From Alphaproteobacteria bacterium (GTDB lineage: Bacteria > Pseudomonadota > Alphaproteobacteria > Rs-D84 > CACZYB01), in the NCBI GenBank assembly GCA_009785175.1, contig WQWV01000023.1, forward strand, positions 1 through 14,980: DNA of 14,980 nt, read 5' to 3'. Under the pieces are notes generated by a model. It saw nothing but the letters and a program-made list of their open reading frames with translations. It had not been told where the DNA came from and made no database searches. Position numbers and translations under genes: made by a program. Of the stretch, positions 1-7,193 are shown one piece after another; the stretch's first letter is position 1; the number at the start of each line of letters is the position of its first letter.

Positions 1-498
1 GCCCTCGAACTCGTAAACGTGCCCGGCGTCGCCGAACATGGCGTTCGCGATATCGAATCCAAGGTCTGTGGCAGCCGTTTTGACCTGCTCCTCGGTCTTG
101 CCCTCGATTTCGATGAAAGGTTTAAGGCCGGGCCAGGTGTCGATATCGGCCTCGACATCGCCGCGGCGCCAGGTTTCGCGGAGGGTTTCCTGATACGCTT
201 TTTGCCTGAATTTCAAGGAGTTAAGGAATCCTATGGCGTTTTCGTAATTGTCGACCTTTAGGCAGATTTCGGTGTTTCCTTGTATCCCGGAGGTCGATGT
301 TTTCTTTATGCTCATAGTTATACAATCGGCCTCTTGCCGGACGCGGGCAAAGGCAACATCGAGATTATTCTCGACCGCGAAAATCGCGCGTTTGGGCATG
401 TATTCCGGGTGGACGAGCGAGAACCCGGCGGCGCGCAGTTTGGCGCGTGTGGCGTCCTTGTCTATGGGGTAAAATTTCAGTTCGATTTCTGATTGCAT
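1..498 (-). CDS. CYTH-domain protein (CyaB-like class IV adenylate cyclase / triphosphate tunnel metalloenzyme family); 3' end runs off the window
   Basis: Not in the ORF track because no stop lies inside the window. The reverse complement from the ATG at 496-498 reads MQSEIELKFYPIDKDATRAKLRAAGFSLVHPEYMPKRAIFAVENNLDVAFARVRQEADCITMSIKK...HVYEFEG. The N-terminal EIELKF signature and ~166 aa length are typical of the CYTH family. Confidence 0.55.
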   Translation of the reverse strand, partial: MQSEIELKFYPIDKDATRAKLRAAGFSLVHPEYMPKRAIFAVENNLDVAFARVRQEADCITMSIKKTSTSGIQGNTEICLKVDNYENAIGFLNSLKFRQKAYQETLRETWRRGDVEADIDTWPGLKPFIEIEGKTEEQVKTAATDLGFDIANAMFGDAGHVYEFEG

Positions 499-504
499 GC
501 GAGG

Positions 505-533
505 ATTATAAGTTGCTGCTTTGGGCAAGTCAA
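505..533 (-). promoter_or_regulatory. sigma70-type promoter for the CYTH gene, predicted leaderless
   Basis: On the minus strand: TTGACT (528-533), 17-nt spacer, TATAAT (505-510), 6 nt (499-504), then ATG (496-498). No SD is present. Confidence 0.45.
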
Positions 534-544
534 GGGGACGCTTT

Positions 545-594
545 ACTTCATCGCGCTATCGCGATATCATGATATCACACTATCGTGATGAAGT
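545..594. repeat. Palindromic element A (ACTTCATC ... GATGAAGT arms, inner GATATCATGATATC perfect palindrome)
   Basis: 8-bp perfect inverted arms at 545-552 and 587-594. The inner part contains the 14-bp perfect palindrome GATATCATGATATC (564-577) and a CACACTATCG block shared with element B at 6073-6116. It lies between the divergent CYTH and truB promoters. Confidence 0.5.
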
Positions 595-639
595 GTGTTG
601 TGATTTTTCCCCATATTATCAATATATTAGGAAATCGCG

Positions 640-668
640 TTGATTTTGTGGGTTTTGCGCATTATAAT
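640..668 (+). promoter_or_regulatory. sigma70-type promoter for truB, predicted leaderless
   Basis: TTGATT (640-645), 17-nt spacer, TATAAT (663-668), 6 nt, ATG at 675. No SD is present. Confidence 0.5.
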
Positions 669-674
669 TCTAAA

Positions 675-1661
675 ATGCTCAACGGTTTTATCAATTTTTA
701 CAAGGAATCGGGGCTGTCCTCGAACGATGCGCTTTACCGTATAAAACGCCTGCTTTTTCCGGAGTTCGGAAAGGTCAAAATCGGGTTTGTCGGGACGCTT
801 GACCCGTTGGCCGAGGGGGTTTTGCCAATCGCGCTTGGGGAGGCTACCAAATTATTGCCGTATATCACGGATGGCCGAAAAACTTATGTTTTCAATATAA
901 AGTTCGGGGCGGAAACTACCACTGCGGACAGGGGTGGGGAGGTGGTTGCGACGTCCGATAAAATCCCTATGCGCGACGAGATTTTGGCGGCTGTTGCGAG
1001 TTTCCGTGGTGCGATTACCCAAGTTCCGCCTAAATACAGCGCTATACAAATCGGCGGGCGGCGGGCGTATGACCTTGCGCGCGAGGGTGTGGAATTCGAA
1101 ATTAAATCGCGGTCTAACTTTGTGCATGAGTTTGAATTGTTGGGGCAAGCACCCTACAGCCCAAAGGGCTCCGCGCGCTCCGCCGCCCCCACGCTGGACG
1201 CGCGCGGTATACACCGCTTGCCGCCCAGCTCGGCGTCGCTTGCTGGAACAGAGTGCGAGTGGCAATTCCGCATAACCGCCGACACAGGCTTTTACGTCCG
1301 TTCGATGGCGTGCGATTTGGCGCGTGCGGTCGGTTCGCTTGGCTATGCCTCATATATATATAGGGAGGCGTCCGGGGCGTTTGAGGCGGATACTGCAATA
1401 TCGCTTGACAAGTTGGCAAAAATGTTTGAGAATACGGCAAAACCTGATGCACGAGATTTTATTTTGGATTTGTGCTTCCCTCTGAACGGCATCTTGGAGG
1501 AGAAGATCAGCGAAGAGGTCGCTGTCCGATTACGACACGGAATGTCCGTGGAATATGTCGGCTTGGACGGAATTCGCAAAGTAATCCTTAATGGTTCTTT
1601 GGTCGCTATCGCGGAAATTCGCGATGGTAGAATGTATCCGGTGCGCGTAATAAACAACTAA
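675..1661 (+). CDS. truB: tRNA pseudouridine(55) synthase TruB
   Basis: The ORF-track 585..1661 frame is trimmed to the internal ATG at 675 (MLNGFINFYKESGLSSNDAL...). That start matches the canonical TruB N-terminus and sits 6 nt after a TATAAT. The catalytic motif GFVGTLDPLAEGVLPIALGEATK (the TruB HTGTLDPLATGVL motif) is present. truB-rpsO-pnp synteny supports the call. Confidence 0.85.
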   Translation: MLNGFINFYKESGLSSNDALYRIKRLLFPEFGKVKIGFVGTLDPLAEGVLPIALGEATKLLPYITDGRKTYVFNIKFGAETTTADRGGEVVATSDKIPMRDEILAAVASFRGAITQVPPKYSAIQIGGRRAYDLAREGVEFEIKSRSNFVHEFELLGQAPYSPKGSARSAAPTLDARGIHRLPPSSASLAGTECEWQFRITADTGFYVRSMACDLARAVGSLGYASYIYREASGAFEADTAISLDKLAKMFENTAKPDARDFILDLCFPLNGILEEKISEEVAVRLRHGMSVEYVGLDGIRKVILNGSLVAIAEIRDGRMYPVRVINN

Positions 1662-1663
1662 AT

Positions 1664-1689
1664 GGATTCCGGGTCAGGCCCGGAATGAC
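1664..1689 (+). repeat. Hairpin element copy 1 (GGATTCCGGG-tcagg-CCCGGAAT followed by GAC)
   Basis: 8-bp stem 1666-1673 / 1679-1686 with a 5-nt loop, followed by GAC. It starts 5 nt after the truB stop and ends 21 nt before the rpsO ATG. Same family as the copies at 11530-11555 and 11660-11684. Confidence 0.5.
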
Positions 1690-1709
1690 GAAAGAAAAAG
1701 GTAAAAACT

Positions 1710-1961
1710 ATGGCAGACAAAAAGAAACTCGCTCTTGCAAAACACGACAAGGACACCGGATCGGCCGCAGTGCAGATCGAAATCCTGACGGCCCGCATAC
1801 TCGGCCTTGAGGGTCATTTCAAAAATGCGCCCAAGGACAAGGCTTCGCACCGCGGCCTTATCACGATGGTAAACAAGCGCAAGAAGCTTCTTGCATACCT
1901 TGCGAAAACCGACAAGGCGACATACGAAGAAACGCTTAAAAAACTAAACCTCCGCAAATAA
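1710..1961 (+). CDS. rpsO: 30S ribosomal protein S15
   Basis: 83 aa. The DTGSAAVQIEILTARILGLEGHFKNAPKDKASHRGL stretch matches the S15 consensus (DTGSxEVQvAlLTeRI...H.kD.hSRRGL). SD AAAGG lies 9 nt upstream. Position between truB and pnp is canonical. Confidence 0.9.
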   Translation: MADKKKLALAKHDKDTGSAAVQIEILTARILGLEGHFKNAPKDKASHRGLITMVNKRKKLLAYLAKTDKATYEETLKKLNLRK

Positions 1962-1978
1962 GCGGAACAACAACAAAT

Positions 1979-2056
1979 GCCCCCGGCTGGGCAATGTTGG
2001 AATATCAAGCGCTAGGCCTAGCGTTTCATCTTCTGACATAGTGCGCGGCCGGGGGC
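1979..2056 (+). promoter_or_regulatory. Structured rpsO-pnp intergenic leader (long-range stem enclosing a 14-bp perfect palindrome)
   Basis: GCCCCCGGC (1979-1987) is the exact reverse complement of GCCGGGGGC (2048-2056). Inside lies the perfect palindrome CGCTAGGCCTAGCG (2010-2023), followed by the U-rich TTTCATCTTC. It sits directly upstream of the pnp SD, as expected for an rpsO terminator/attenuator plus an RNase III-type pnp leader stem. Confidence 0.4.
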
Positions 2057-2076
2057 GAAACAGAAAGGAAAAAACT

Positions 2077-4206
2077 ATGTTTGGAATATTTGGAAAAAAA
2101 TCCACATCTGAAACATCAATGTTCAACATCACCGAAAAGCGCATGAACTGGGAAGGCAAGGAACTTGTCCTTCAGACCGGGAAAATCGCGCGTCAAGCGA
2201 CCGGAGCCGTCATGGCCACATACGGAGAAACAACCGTGCTTGCCACCGTCGTCGCCAACAAGGAGCCGAAACCCGACCAGGGCTTCTTCCCTTTGACGGT
2301 CGATTACCAGGAAAAATTCAGCTCGGCCGGTAAAATCCCCGGATCGTTCAAGCGCCGCGAAGGCCAGCCGTCGACCGACGAAGTGCTTACCGCGCGTCTT
2401 ATCGACCGGCCTGTGCGCCCCCTGTTCCCTGATAACTTCAAGAACGAGGTTCAGGTCGTCGCAACCGTATTCAATTATGACAAGCAGAACAAGCCGGACA
2501 TCTTGGCCATGGTCGCTTGCTCGGCCGCGTTGGCGATTTCCGGCGTGCCGTTCGCAGGACCCATCGGTGCCGCGCGCGTCGCATACAAGGATAAGAAATA
2601 CATCATCAACCCGACTTTGTCCGAACTTGTCGACACCGAATTGAATTTGGTTGTCGCAGGAACCAAGGACGGCGTGCTTATGGTAGAATCCGAAGCGAAT
2701 CAGTTGCCCGAAGACGTAATGCTTGGCGCGGTCGAGGCTGGATTCAAATCCTTCCAGGCCGTAATCAAACTTATCAACGAGATGGTTGCCGAAGCAGGCA
2801 AGGCGAAATGGGAGCTTCCGGCCGTTAACGAAAACTTCCCCGTAGTGGAGAAGATCGTGCGCGATGCGATCACCGCGGATCTTCAGGCCGCTTTTGGTAT
2901 CAAGGAAAAGCAGGCCCGCACCGAAGCCGTCCACGCCGCTCAGAAAAAAGCGCGCGAGAAAGTCGCCGAGATTACCAACACCACCGGCGAGCTTAACCAA
3001 TTCGCAGCGGTCGCATACGAAAACTTGTCCGCGGAAATCCTTCGCGGAGCAGTGTTGGCCGGAGAGCCCCGCATCGACGGACGCGACACTAAGACCGTGC
3101 GTCCCATCGAGTGCGAAGTCGGAATATTCAGCCGCAACCACGGCTCGGCGTTGTTCACACGCGGCGAAACGCAAGCTATCGTTTCCGCCACCATTGGTGT
3201 CAAGGACGACGAACAACTCCTTGACGATTTGGACGGCGTTCGCAACGATCCCTATATGCTCCACTACAACTTCCCTCCGTTCTCGGTCGGCGAAGTCGGA
3301 CGTATCGGCGCGCCCAAGCGTCGCGAAATCGGACACGGCAAGCTTGCCTTCCGCGCAAACCGCGCCGTGTATCCTTCGTTCGAGGAATTCCCCTATACTA
3401 TCCGTATCCTTGCCGACATAACCGAATCGAACGGTTCGTCGTCAATGGCCACGACCTGCGGCACTTCGCTTGCCATGATGGACGCGGGTATTCCCGTCAA
3501 GGCCGCCGTTGCCGGTATCGCAATGGGCCTTATCAAGGAAGGCGAAAAGTATGTTATCCTTTCCGACATCATGGGCGACGAAGACCACCTTGGCGACATG
3601 GATTTCAAGGTTGCTGGAACGTCCGCCGGTATCACCGCGCTTCAGATGGATTTGAAAATCACTTCGATTAGCTTCGACATCATGAAGAAGGCGCTTGCCC
3701 AGGCGTGCGACGGACGCAAGCATATCCTTGGCGAAATGGCGAAGGCTATCAAGGAACCCCGCAAGGAATTGTCCGCATACGCGCCCACAATCCGCTCTAT
3801 CACCATCAATCCCAAGAAGATCCGCGAGGTCATCGGCTCGGGCGGTTCGGTCATCAAGGCTTTGACCGAAAAGACCCAGACGAAAATCGACATCACGGAC
3901 GACGGCGTCATAAAAATCGCCGGAACCGACGGCGACAACATTCAGCGCGCGATCGACCTTATCATGGAAATCGCCGCCGAGCCCGAAGTAGGCCAGCTCT
4001 TTGACGCGAAGGTTATCAAGCTTCTTGACATCGGCGCAATCGTTTCGTTCGGCAAGAACTTCGAGGGCATGGTCCACGTTTCCGAAATCGACAACAAGCG
4101 TATCGAAAAGCCTTCGGACGTCTTGAAGGTCGGCGAGATTGTGAAAGTGATTGTCGTCGAACCTAAAGACGGTAAGACAAGGCTTTCGATTAAAAAGGCT
4201 AAGTAA
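2077..4206 (+). CDS. pnp: Polyribonucleotide nucleotidyltransferase (PNPase)
   Basis: Two RNase PH-like domains, then a KH motif ([15 protein letters not shown]) and a C-terminal S1 domain ([20 protein letters not shown]...GMVHVSEI). Start is set at ATG 2077, 7 nt after SD AAAGGAA. The track's GTG at 2041 is rejected. The homology-based start MFNITEK at 2119 lacks an SD and remains an alternative. Confidence 0.9.
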   Translation: MFGIFGKKSTSETSMFNITEKRMNWEGKELVLQTGKIARQATGAVMATYGETTVLATVVANKEPKPDQGFFPLTVDYQEKFSSAGKIPGSFKRREGQPSTDEVLTARLIDRPVRPLFPDNFKNEVQVVATVFNYDKQNKPDILAMVACSAALAISGVPFAGPIGAARVAYKDKKYIINPTLSELVDTELNLVVAGTKDGVLMVESEANQLPEDVMLGAVEAGFKSFQAVIKLINEMVAEAGKAKWELPAVNENFPVVEKIVRDAITADLQAAFGIKEKQARTEAVHAAQKKAREKVAEITNTTGELNQFAAVAYENLSAEILRGAVLAGEPRIDGRDTKTVRPIECEVGIFSRNHGSALFTRGETQAIVSATIGVKDDEQLLDDLDGVRNDPYMLHYNFPPFSVGEVGRIGAPKRREIGHGKLAFRANRAVYPSFEEFPYTIRILADITESNGSSSMATTCGTSLAMMDAGIPVKAAVAGIAMGLIKEGEKYVILSDIMGDEDHLGDMDFKVAGTSAGITALQMDLKITSISFDIMKKALAQACDGRKHILGEMAKAIKEPRKELSAYAPTIRSITINPKKIREVIGSGGSVIKALTEKTQTKIDITDDGVIKIAGTDGDNIQRAIDLIMEIAAEPEVGQLFDAKVIKLLDIGAIVSFGKNFEGMVHVSEIDNKRIEKPSDVLKVGEIVKVIVVEPKDGKTRLSIKKAK

Positions 4207-4228
4207 TTCGTTTTTCACGAGTTGAGGA

Positions 4229-4257
4229 ATCCCCGGTTTCGGCCGGGGATTTTTTTT
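4229..4257 (+). terminator. Rho-independent terminator of pnp
   Basis: ATCCCCGG (4229-4236), loop TTTCGG, CCGGGGAT (4243-4250), then a run of 7-8 T. Confidence 0.8.
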
Positions 4258-4383
4258 ACTAACGCATATATGACAGCGCGCCGCAGGCGGCCAGTGCTCG
4301 CCCCCACCCGGGCGCTGGCTCAAACAAGTTTTCGCGCCCCCGGGGCTCGACTGTCCGCCGTTTTCTTTTCCTTAAAATATCCC

Positions 4384-4413
4384 TTGACAAAATATTGCGG
4401 GGGGGGGTAGGTT
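4384..4413 (+). promoter_or_regulatory. Promoter module M1 with a G9 tract in the spacer (candidate phase-variable promoter of the flotillin-like gene)
   Basis: Perfect TTGACA (4384-4389), then an 18-nt spacer containing GGGGGGGGG (4399-4407), then TAGGTT (4408-4413). A leader with SD AAGGA follows 8 nt before ATG 4451. The module is near-identical to M2 at 6136-6165. Confidence 0.5.
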
Positions 4414-4450
4414 AGTCTATAGGTCTAATAAAATAAAAAGGAAAAACACC

Positions 4451-6001
4451 ATGGAACTTATTCAATATATAATGCTTGGAGGCGCATCCGCCGCAACCCT
4501 TACCGCTGCGATCGTCGGTTATAAAATCTTGAAATTGCGCACGATCGTGCCTGCCGATATGGTGCACATTGTCCAAAGCGTAAAGAATACCACATCGTAT
4601 GGTAAAGACCAAAAGGACGAGAATAAAAAAGACACCGGAAACGTCTATTATAAATGGCCTCAGATGATCCCGGTTCTTGGTGTCGTGGTCAAGCAGTTGC
4701 CGGTTTCCAACTTTGATATCCGCATGGATAATTTCGAGGCGTATGACAAGGATCGTGTTCCCTTCAACGTCGATGTTTCCACCTTCTTCCGCATAGCCGA
4801 TACCAACAAAGCGGCCGAGCGCGTCGCCTCGTTCGACGAACTGAGAAACCACCTTACCGTAATGGTGCACGGCTCGGTCCGTTCCATCATGGCGAACGCG
4901 AAACTCGAGGAGATCATGGAGCAGCGCTCGACCTATGGAGAAAAGTTCACGAAGGAAGTCGAAGACCAGCTCAAGGCCTGGGGTGTCGAGCCTGTCAAGA
5001 ACATCGAGCTTATGGACATACGCGATACGAAAGAGTCCACCGCCATCGCGAACATAATGAAAAAGAAGCAGTCCGAAATCGCAAAGGAATCACGCACTAC
5101 CGTCGCCCTTAACAACAAAGAGGCGGATATGGCCGAAATAGACGCCGAACGCGAGGTCGAGGTAAAGCGCGCCGAAAAAGAACAGTTGGTCGGCGAGCGC
5201 AATGCCGAGAAGAATCGCGTTATCGGTATCGCCAACGAACAGCAAAAACAGTTGGTTGCCGAACAGGAAAAAATCACTGCGGAAAAGGATCTCGAAATCA
5301 CAAGGGTCAAAGAAATAACAAACGCCGAAATCGCGCAGAATAAAAGTATCATCGAAGCCGAAACCACCAGGAAGACTGCGGTCATCAAAGCCGACCAGGA
5401 CAAGGAAACCATGAAGATCAAGGCCGAGGCGGATAAGGAAAAGATGAGGATAGACACCGACGCAAAAAAATACGAGACGGAAACCATCGCCGATGCCGAC
5501 AAGCTTGCCAAGGAAAAGAACGCAAGCGCCCACCAGACCATGGAACTTGCCAAGGCCGCCGGTATAAAGGCGACTGGTGAAGCGTCGGCCGATGCCGAAA
5601 AGATGCTCCAGCTTGCCCGTGTTGTCGCGGAAAAGGAGTTGGCGGAAACCATCGGCTCGAACAAGGAGTATCAGGAATACCTGATCAACCTTGAGAAGGT
5701 CAAAAAGAATGCCGAAGTTGCGATCAAGACCGCCGAATACAACTCGGAAGTCGGAAAGGAACAGGCCAAAAACTTGAATAAAGCCGATATAAAAATCATC
5801 ACGAATACTTCTGATGGAAATGTCGGTGGCGGTGTAAGTAAGGTCATGGATTTGTTCTCAAGCAAGGGGGGCCAGGCCGTCAACGGAATGTTGGAAACTT
5901 TGTCCAATACCGATATGGGCAAGGGACTGCTTGAAAAAATCGGTGTTATAAACAAAGGTAAGCAAGACCAAGTAAAAGGCGCGCTTGATAAACAGAGATA
6001 A
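4451..6001 (+). CDS. Flotillin-like SPFH/band-7 membrane protein (FloT/YuaG/YqiK type)
   Basis: 516 aa. N-terminal TM helix (LIQYIMLGGASAATLTAAIVGYKIL). SPFH domain (...FNVDVSTFFRIADTNKAAERVASF...VEPVKNIELMDIRD). Long EA/K-rich coiled-coil. Gly/Ser-rich C-terminal tail (IKIITNTSDGNVGGG...), resembling the B. subtilis FloT architecture. SD AAGGA lies upstream. Confidence 0.85.
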   Translation: MELIQYIMLGGASAATLTAAIVGYKILKLRTIVPADMVHIVQSVKNTTSYGKDQKDENKKDTGNVYYKWPQMIPVLGVVVKQLPVSNFDIRMDNFEAYDKDRVPFNVDVSTFFRIADTNKAAERVASFDELRNHLTVMVHGSVRSIMANAKLEEIMEQRSTYGEKFTKEVEDQLKAWGVEPVKNIELMDIRDTKESTAIANIMKKKQSEIAKESRTTVALNNKEADMAEIDAEREVEVKRAEKEQLVGERNAEKNRVIGIANEQQKQLVAEQEKITAEKDLEITRVKEITNAEIAQNKSIIEAETTRKTAVIKADQDKETMKIKAEADKEKMRIDTDAKKYETETIADADKLAKEKNASAHQTMELAKAAGIKATGEASADAEKMLQLARVVAEKELAETIGSNKEYQEYLINLEKVKKNAEVAIKTAEYNSEVGKEQAKNLNKADIKIITNTSDGNVGGGVSKVMDLFSSKGGQAVNGMLETLSNTDMGKGLLEKIGVINKGKQDQVKGALDKQR

Positions 6002-6024
6002 TATTTGCCCTTGTTAAAGAAAAT

Positions 6025-6050
6025 CCCCCCTCTTCGGAGGGGATTTTTTT
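6025..6050 (+). terminator. Rho-independent terminator of the flotillin-like gene
   Basis: CCCCTC (6027-6032), TTCG tetraloop, GAGGGG (6037-6042), then T7 (6044-6050). Confidence 0.8.
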
Positions 6051-6072
6051 GTAGTATATTATAAACTCGATT

Positions 6073-6122
6073 CACTTCATCACACTATCGCGCTAGTGTG
6101 ATAGTGTAATGAAGTGTTTTTT
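6073..6122. repeat. Palindromic element B (CACTTCATCACACTATC ... GATAGTGTaATGAAGTG) followed by T6
   Basis: 17-bp inverted arms at 6073-6089 and 6100-6116 with one mismatch, a 10-nt loop, then TTTTTT (6117-6122). Outer arms and the CACACTATCG block match element A (545-594). It ends 19 nt upstream of the M2 -35. Confidence 0.5.
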
Positions 6123-6135
6123 CATAAAACAATGC

Positions 6136-6165
6136 TTGACAAAATCCTCCGGGGGGGGGTAAGTT
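6136..6165 (+). promoter_or_regulatory. Promoter module M2 with a G9 tract in the spacer (candidate phase-variable promoter of the small Cys-rich gene trio)
   Basis: TTGACA (6136-6141), an 18-nt spacer containing G9 (6151-6159), TAAGTT (6160-6165), then a leader with SD AAAGGAAA before ATG 6200. The M1/M2 alignment is CTTGACAAAAT..CGGGGGGGGGTA.GTT.AGTCTAT...TAATAAA..AAAGGAAA. Confidence 0.5.
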
Positions 6166-6199
6166 TAGTCTATTCGTTTAATAAACAAAGGAAATAGAA

Positions 6200-6451
6200 A
6201 TGAAATGTATTTATGACGACAACAAAGAATGTAAATCAAACGGAGAGTGCTATGACACGGTCTGCATGGACATGAGCACGTTTAATATGAAAAATTTCAA
6301 AGAAAAAGTAAATGCCGAGCTTGCCGAGCGGGCAAAAGGTTCGGGGGAAAAGTATGCTCCGATAGGCGGCTTGATCCTTAGGTCCGGTCATGTCTTCTCG
6401 GAAATGTATCAGGCGATCTGCTGTGTTAAAGCTTTTGGCAACCAAAAATAG
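6200..6451 (+). CDS. Small cysteine-rich protein, paralog 1 (unknown family)
   Basis: 83 aa. SD AAAGGAAA at 6187-6194. No signal peptide. N-terminal MKCIYDDNKEC...C...C motif, central GSGEKYAPIGG, and C-terminal MYQAICCVKAFG. All three are shared with the next two ORFs. Confidence 0.65.
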   Translation: MKCIYDDNKECKSNGECYDTVCMDMSTFNMKNFKEKVNAELAERAKGSGEKYAPIGGLILRSGHVFSEMYQAICCVKAFGNQK

Positions 6452-6500
6452 GAAATAAAAATGAAGTGGATGCCCGACGGGCGATAGGGGGAAGATAATT

Positions 6501-6737
6501 ATGATATGTATCTATAGCGACAGCAAAGCCTGTGTAAATAACAGAATGTGTTATAAGATAGTTTCGCAGATAGGAAGCCTTGATCCGGATAGTTTCCAGG
6601 GTAAGGTCAATGAAGTCATTATAAGGAAGCAGGGGAACTATGTCCTTAACGGAGGAGTGGCGGCGTGTGCGGAATCAGAAAACAAACATGCCTGTATGTT
6701 CCAAGCGCTTCGTTGCGTAAATGTGCGTCAAGGATAG
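6501..6737 (+). CDS. Small cysteine-rich protein, paralog 2
   Basis: 78 aa. SD GGGGGAAG upstream. MICIYSDSKAC..C N-motif, KQGNYVLNGG centre, and MFQALRCVNV C-motif are homologous to paralogs 1 and 3. Confidence 0.6.
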   Translation: MICIYSDSKACVNNRMCYKIVSQIGSLDPDSFQGKVNEVIIRKQGNYVLNGGVAACAESENKHACMFQALRCVNVRQG

Positions 6738-6743
6738 TTAGTT

Positions 6744-6983
6744 ATGCGATGCAAATTCGACGATTACAAAGAATGCAACGCCGGACCCGAGCAGAAGTGC
6801 CGCGAGATCGTTCAAGCGGGAACCAAATCAAGCCTTGTCAGCAATGTAAGAAAAGTGGTTGCCAATAATATCGAGGGCAGCGGCGAAAAATACGTTGCTG
6901 TGGGCAAAGCCAAGCAGACGGGCAGCTCGCAATGGTATCAGTGGATTTATTGCCTGAAGAATCCGGGCGCGTACGACAGGTAG
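6744..6983 (+). CDS. Small cysteine-rich protein, paralog 3
   Basis: 79 aa. SD AGGATAG upstream. It starts 7 nt after paralog 2 ends. MRCKFDDYKEC N-motif, GSGEKYVAVG centre (identical core to paralog 1), and YQWIYCLKNPG C-motif. Confidence 0.65.
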   Translation: MRCKFDDYKECNAGPEQKCREIVQAGTKSSLVSNVRKVVANNIEGSGEKYVAVGKAKQTGSSQWYQWIYCLKNPGAYDR

Positions 6984-7193
6984 GGAGAACCCGCCATTTA
7001 GCGCGCTGGCGTTGTCATCTGCGAGTAAACCTATCGGTCATGGAAGCATGTAGTCCACTTCCTCAAGGTTTCTCTTGATTCCTAGCCATCATCGCGAACT
7101 GCGCCAGCATTCGCACTTGCCACGCCGTAGATTTATCGAAGGCGGGTCGCCGCACGAAGGCAACTTACGTTGCGTTCGCAGGCAAATTAAACC

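Noticed and set aside
19-492. Plus-strand ORFs 19..261, 248..472 and 280..492
   Set aside because: They lie antisense to the better-supported minus-strand CYTH-domain gene (1..498), which has a recognisable EIELKF N-terminus and its own promoter. They have no SD and no family features.
585-674. Upstream start at 585 for truB (MMKCVVIFPHIINILGN...)
   Set aside because: The extension is not TruB-like. It would be transcribed across the TTGATT/TATAAT promoter that sits 6 nt before ATG 675. Canonical TruB N-termini begin at the MLNGFINF position.
2041-2076. GTG start at 2041 for pnp (MRGRGRNRKEK...)
   Set aside because: ATG 2077 has a well-spaced SD (AAAGGAA). The GTG extension encodes an Arg-rich low-complexity peptide and overlaps the leader stem. 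Homology suggests the still later M at 2119, noted as an alternative.
2116-4323. Long minus-strand ORFs 2116..3336 (406 aa) and 3442..4323 (293 aa)
   Set aside because: They are antisense shadows of the GC-rich pnp reading frame. Composition is Arg/Gly/Asp-rich with no domain signatures. pnp is unambiguous.
4933-5664. Minus-strand ORFs 4933..5664 and 5090..5533 inside the flotillin gene
   Set aside because: They are antisense of the EA/K-rich coiled-coil region and translate to Ser/Ala/Phe low-complexity. No start context is present.
6071-6122. Element B interpreted simply as the flotillin terminator
   Set aside because: A canonical GC-stem/T7 terminator already lies at 6025-6050. B shares its arms with element A at 545-594, which is not at a gene end, so B is better treated as a copy of a repeat family even though it is followed by T6.
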